DNA of 64,000 nt, from NCBI GenBank assembly GCA_964016885.1, contig OZ024743.1, positions 143,282,001-143,346,000 on the forward strand, read 5' to 3'. Positions 62,501 through 64,000 of the stretch are shown piece by piece. This DNA comes from Eledone cirrhosa. Its lineage: Eukaryota. The first letter of the stretch is position 1. Each line of letters begins with the position of its first letter. Under the pieces are notes generated by a model. That model was not told the DNA's origin. It did no database searches and saw only the letters and a list, made by a program, of their open reading frames with translations. A program made the translations under genes and the position numbers.

Positions 62501-64000
62501 GTGATTGGTGCTTGGTGTTTGGTGCTTGGTGTTTGGTGTTTGGTGCTAGGTGCTTGGTGTTTGGTGCTTGGTGCTTGGTGTTTGGTGTTTGGTGTTTGGT
62601 GCTTGGTGCTTGATGTTTGGTGCTTGGTGCTGGGTGGTTGGTGTTTGGTGCTTGGTGTTTGGTGCTGGGTGCTTGGTGTTTGGTGCTTGGTGCTTGGTCT
62701 TTGGTGCTTGGTGTTTGGTGTTTGGTGCTTGGTGCTTCGTGTTTGGTGCTTCGTGCTTGGTTTTTGGTGCTTGGTGCTTGGTGCTTAGTGTTTGGTGCTA
62801 GGTGCTTGGGGTTTGGTGTTTGGTGCTTGGTGCTTGGTGTTTGGTGTTTGGTGCTTGGTGCTTGGTGTTTGGTGTTTGCTGTTTGCTGTTTGGTGTTTGT
62901 TGTTTGGTGTTTGTTGTTTGCTGTTTGGTGTTAGGTGTTTGATGTTTGCTGTTTGGTGTCTGCTTTTTGGTGTTTGGTGTTTGCTGTATGTTGTTTGCTG
63001 TTTGGTGTTTGGTGTTTGGTGCTTGGTGCTTGGTGTTTGGTGCTTGGTGCTTGGTGTTTGGTGCCTGGTGCTTGGTGCTTGGTGTTTGGTGTTTGGTGTT
63101 TGGTGCTTGGAGTTTGGTGTTTGGTGCTTGGTGCTTGGTGTTTTGTGTTTGGTGTTTGGTTTTGGTGCTTGGTGCTTGGTGCTTGGTCCTTGGTGTTTGG
63201 TGCTGGGTGCTTTGTGTTTTGTGCTTGGTGCTTGGTGCTTGGTGTTTGGTGTTTGCTGCTTGGTGTTTGATGCTTGGTGCTTGGTGCTTGGTGTTTTGTG
63301 TTTGGTGCTTGGTGCTTGGTGTTTGGTGCTTGGTGCTTGGTGCTTGGTGTTTGTACTTGGTGCTTGGTGCTTGGTGTTTGGTTCTTGGTGTTTCGTACTT
63401 GGTGCTTGGTGCTTGGTGTTTGGTGCTTGGTGTTTGGTGCTTGGTGCTTGGTGCTTGGTGTTAGGTGTTTGGTGCTTGGTGCTTGGTGTTTGGTGCTTCA
63501 TGCTTGGTGCTTGGTGTTTGGTGCTTGGTTTTTGGAGCTTAGTTTCTGGTGCTTGGTGTTTGGTGCTTGGTGCTTGGTGTTTGGTGCTTGGTGTTAGGTG
63601 TTTGGTGCTTGGTGTTTGATCCTTGGTGCTTGGTGTTTGGTGTTTGGTGCTTGGTGTTTGGTGTTTGGTGCTTGCTGCTTGGTGTTTGGTGTTTTGGTGT
63701 TTTGTGCTAGGTGCTTGGTGTTTGGTACTTGGTGATTGGTGCTTGGTGCTTCGTGTTTTGTGTTTGGTGTTTGGTCTTTGGTGCTTGGTGTTTGGTGCTT
63801 GGTGCTTGGTGCTTGGTGTTTGGTGTTTGGTGCTTGGTGCTTGGTGTTTGGTGTTTGTTGTTTGGTGCTTGGTGTCTGGTGCTTGGTGTTTGGTGCTTGG
63901 TGTTTGGTGTTCGGTGTTTGGTGCTTATTGCTTGGTGCTTGGTGTTTGGTGCTTGGTGCTTGGTGTTTGGTGCTGGGTGCTTGGTGCTTGGTGTTTGGTG
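49170..64000 (+). repeat. ~7.75-kb tandem duplication of an A+B segment (second copy starts ~56930 and runs off the window)
   Basis: Offsets 7767 (49229/56996), 7747 (50150/57897), 7740 (51688/59428, 53299/61039) and 7796 (53960/61756). The variant TTGGAGC is shared at ~50975 and ~58722. Confidence 0.87.
60900..63950 (+). repeat. 1,511/1,518-bp tandem duplication nested in the second 7.75-kb copy
   Basis: Offsets 1511 (61039/62550), then 1518 (61417/62935, 61756/63274). The private TTCGTGT-TTGGTGC-TTCGTGC-TTGGTTT motif occurs at ~61225 and ~62736. Confidence 0.9.

Larger units (their letters stand above)
1..64000 (+). repeat. Continuous heptamer satellite (TTGGTGY)n, ~9,100 monomers, head-to-tail, running off both window ends
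   Basis: Every line parses into TTGGTGC or TTGGTGT units, or variants with 1-3 substitutions. All + ORFs read V[LF]G[AV]WCL and all - ORFs read TKHQ[AT]P[SN], as expected for a 7-nt period. Confidence 0.99.

Noticed and set aside
526-63501. Minus-strand TKHQAPS/TKHQTPN ORFs resembling mucins, adhesins or the Pol II CTD heptad
   Set aside because: There is no non-repetitive terminus or codon-position pattern, and the starts are incidental CAT variants. The heptad is not YSPTSPS.
3-63619. Hundreds of + strand ORFs (up to 958 aa, 46035-48911) resembling Trp/Cys-rich membrane proteins
   Set aside because: They overlap in all three frames with the same heptapeptide and have no unique domain. They arise because the A-poor strand rarely forms stop codons.
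1-64000. CRISPR array
   Set aside because: No 23-50 bp repeats separated by unique spacers, and no leader or cas genes.
1-64000. Bacterial heptamer repeats (cyanobacterial STRR type, or heptamer tracts beside four-helix-bundle genes)
   Set aside because: Those are short tracts within gene-dense DNA. A gene-free array of at least 64 kb with HORs does not fit.
1-64000. Direct product of rolling-circle or reiterative reverse transcription (telomerase, DRT-type concatemers) or sequencing noise
   Set aside because: Rare variants are inherited in ordered kb-scale blocks, which requires DNA-level duplication. No RT gene or template is in the window.
1-64000. Stable G-quadruplexes, hairpins, terminators, or TATA-box promoters at GTTATA
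   Set aside because: The consensus has only GG runs with 5-nt loops. An A-poor single-orientation strand cannot form real stems, and the TATA-like variants lead to no gene.

Overview
The whole 64 kb window is one uninterrupted, single-orientation satellite array of a 7-bp monomer, TTGGTGY (TTGGTGC and TTGGTGT mixed; minus strand RCACCAA), about 9,100 units. The + strand is almost all G/T with very little A. I see no unique sequence, credible gene, RNA gene, transposon, CRISPR array or inversion. The listed ORFs are by-products of a stop-free 7-mer that reads V[L/F]G[A/V]WCL on + and TKHQ[A/T]P[S/N] on -. The real structure lies in rare variant monomers, which reveal nested higher-order repeats (HORs): an A-type HOR of about 3.2-3.3 kb, a B-type HOR of about 5.7-5.8 kb, alternating A/B domains, tandem duplications of 21, 147, 174, 392, ~1,260, ~1,515, ~2,400, 4,657 and ~7,750 bp, and a ~12.5 kb block repeated ~33 kb away. 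This is most consistent with a eukaryotic centromeric, pericentromeric or (sub)telomeric satellite; organism and function cannot be determined from the window. All comparisons were made by eye and from ORF-track offsets, not by computed alignment.
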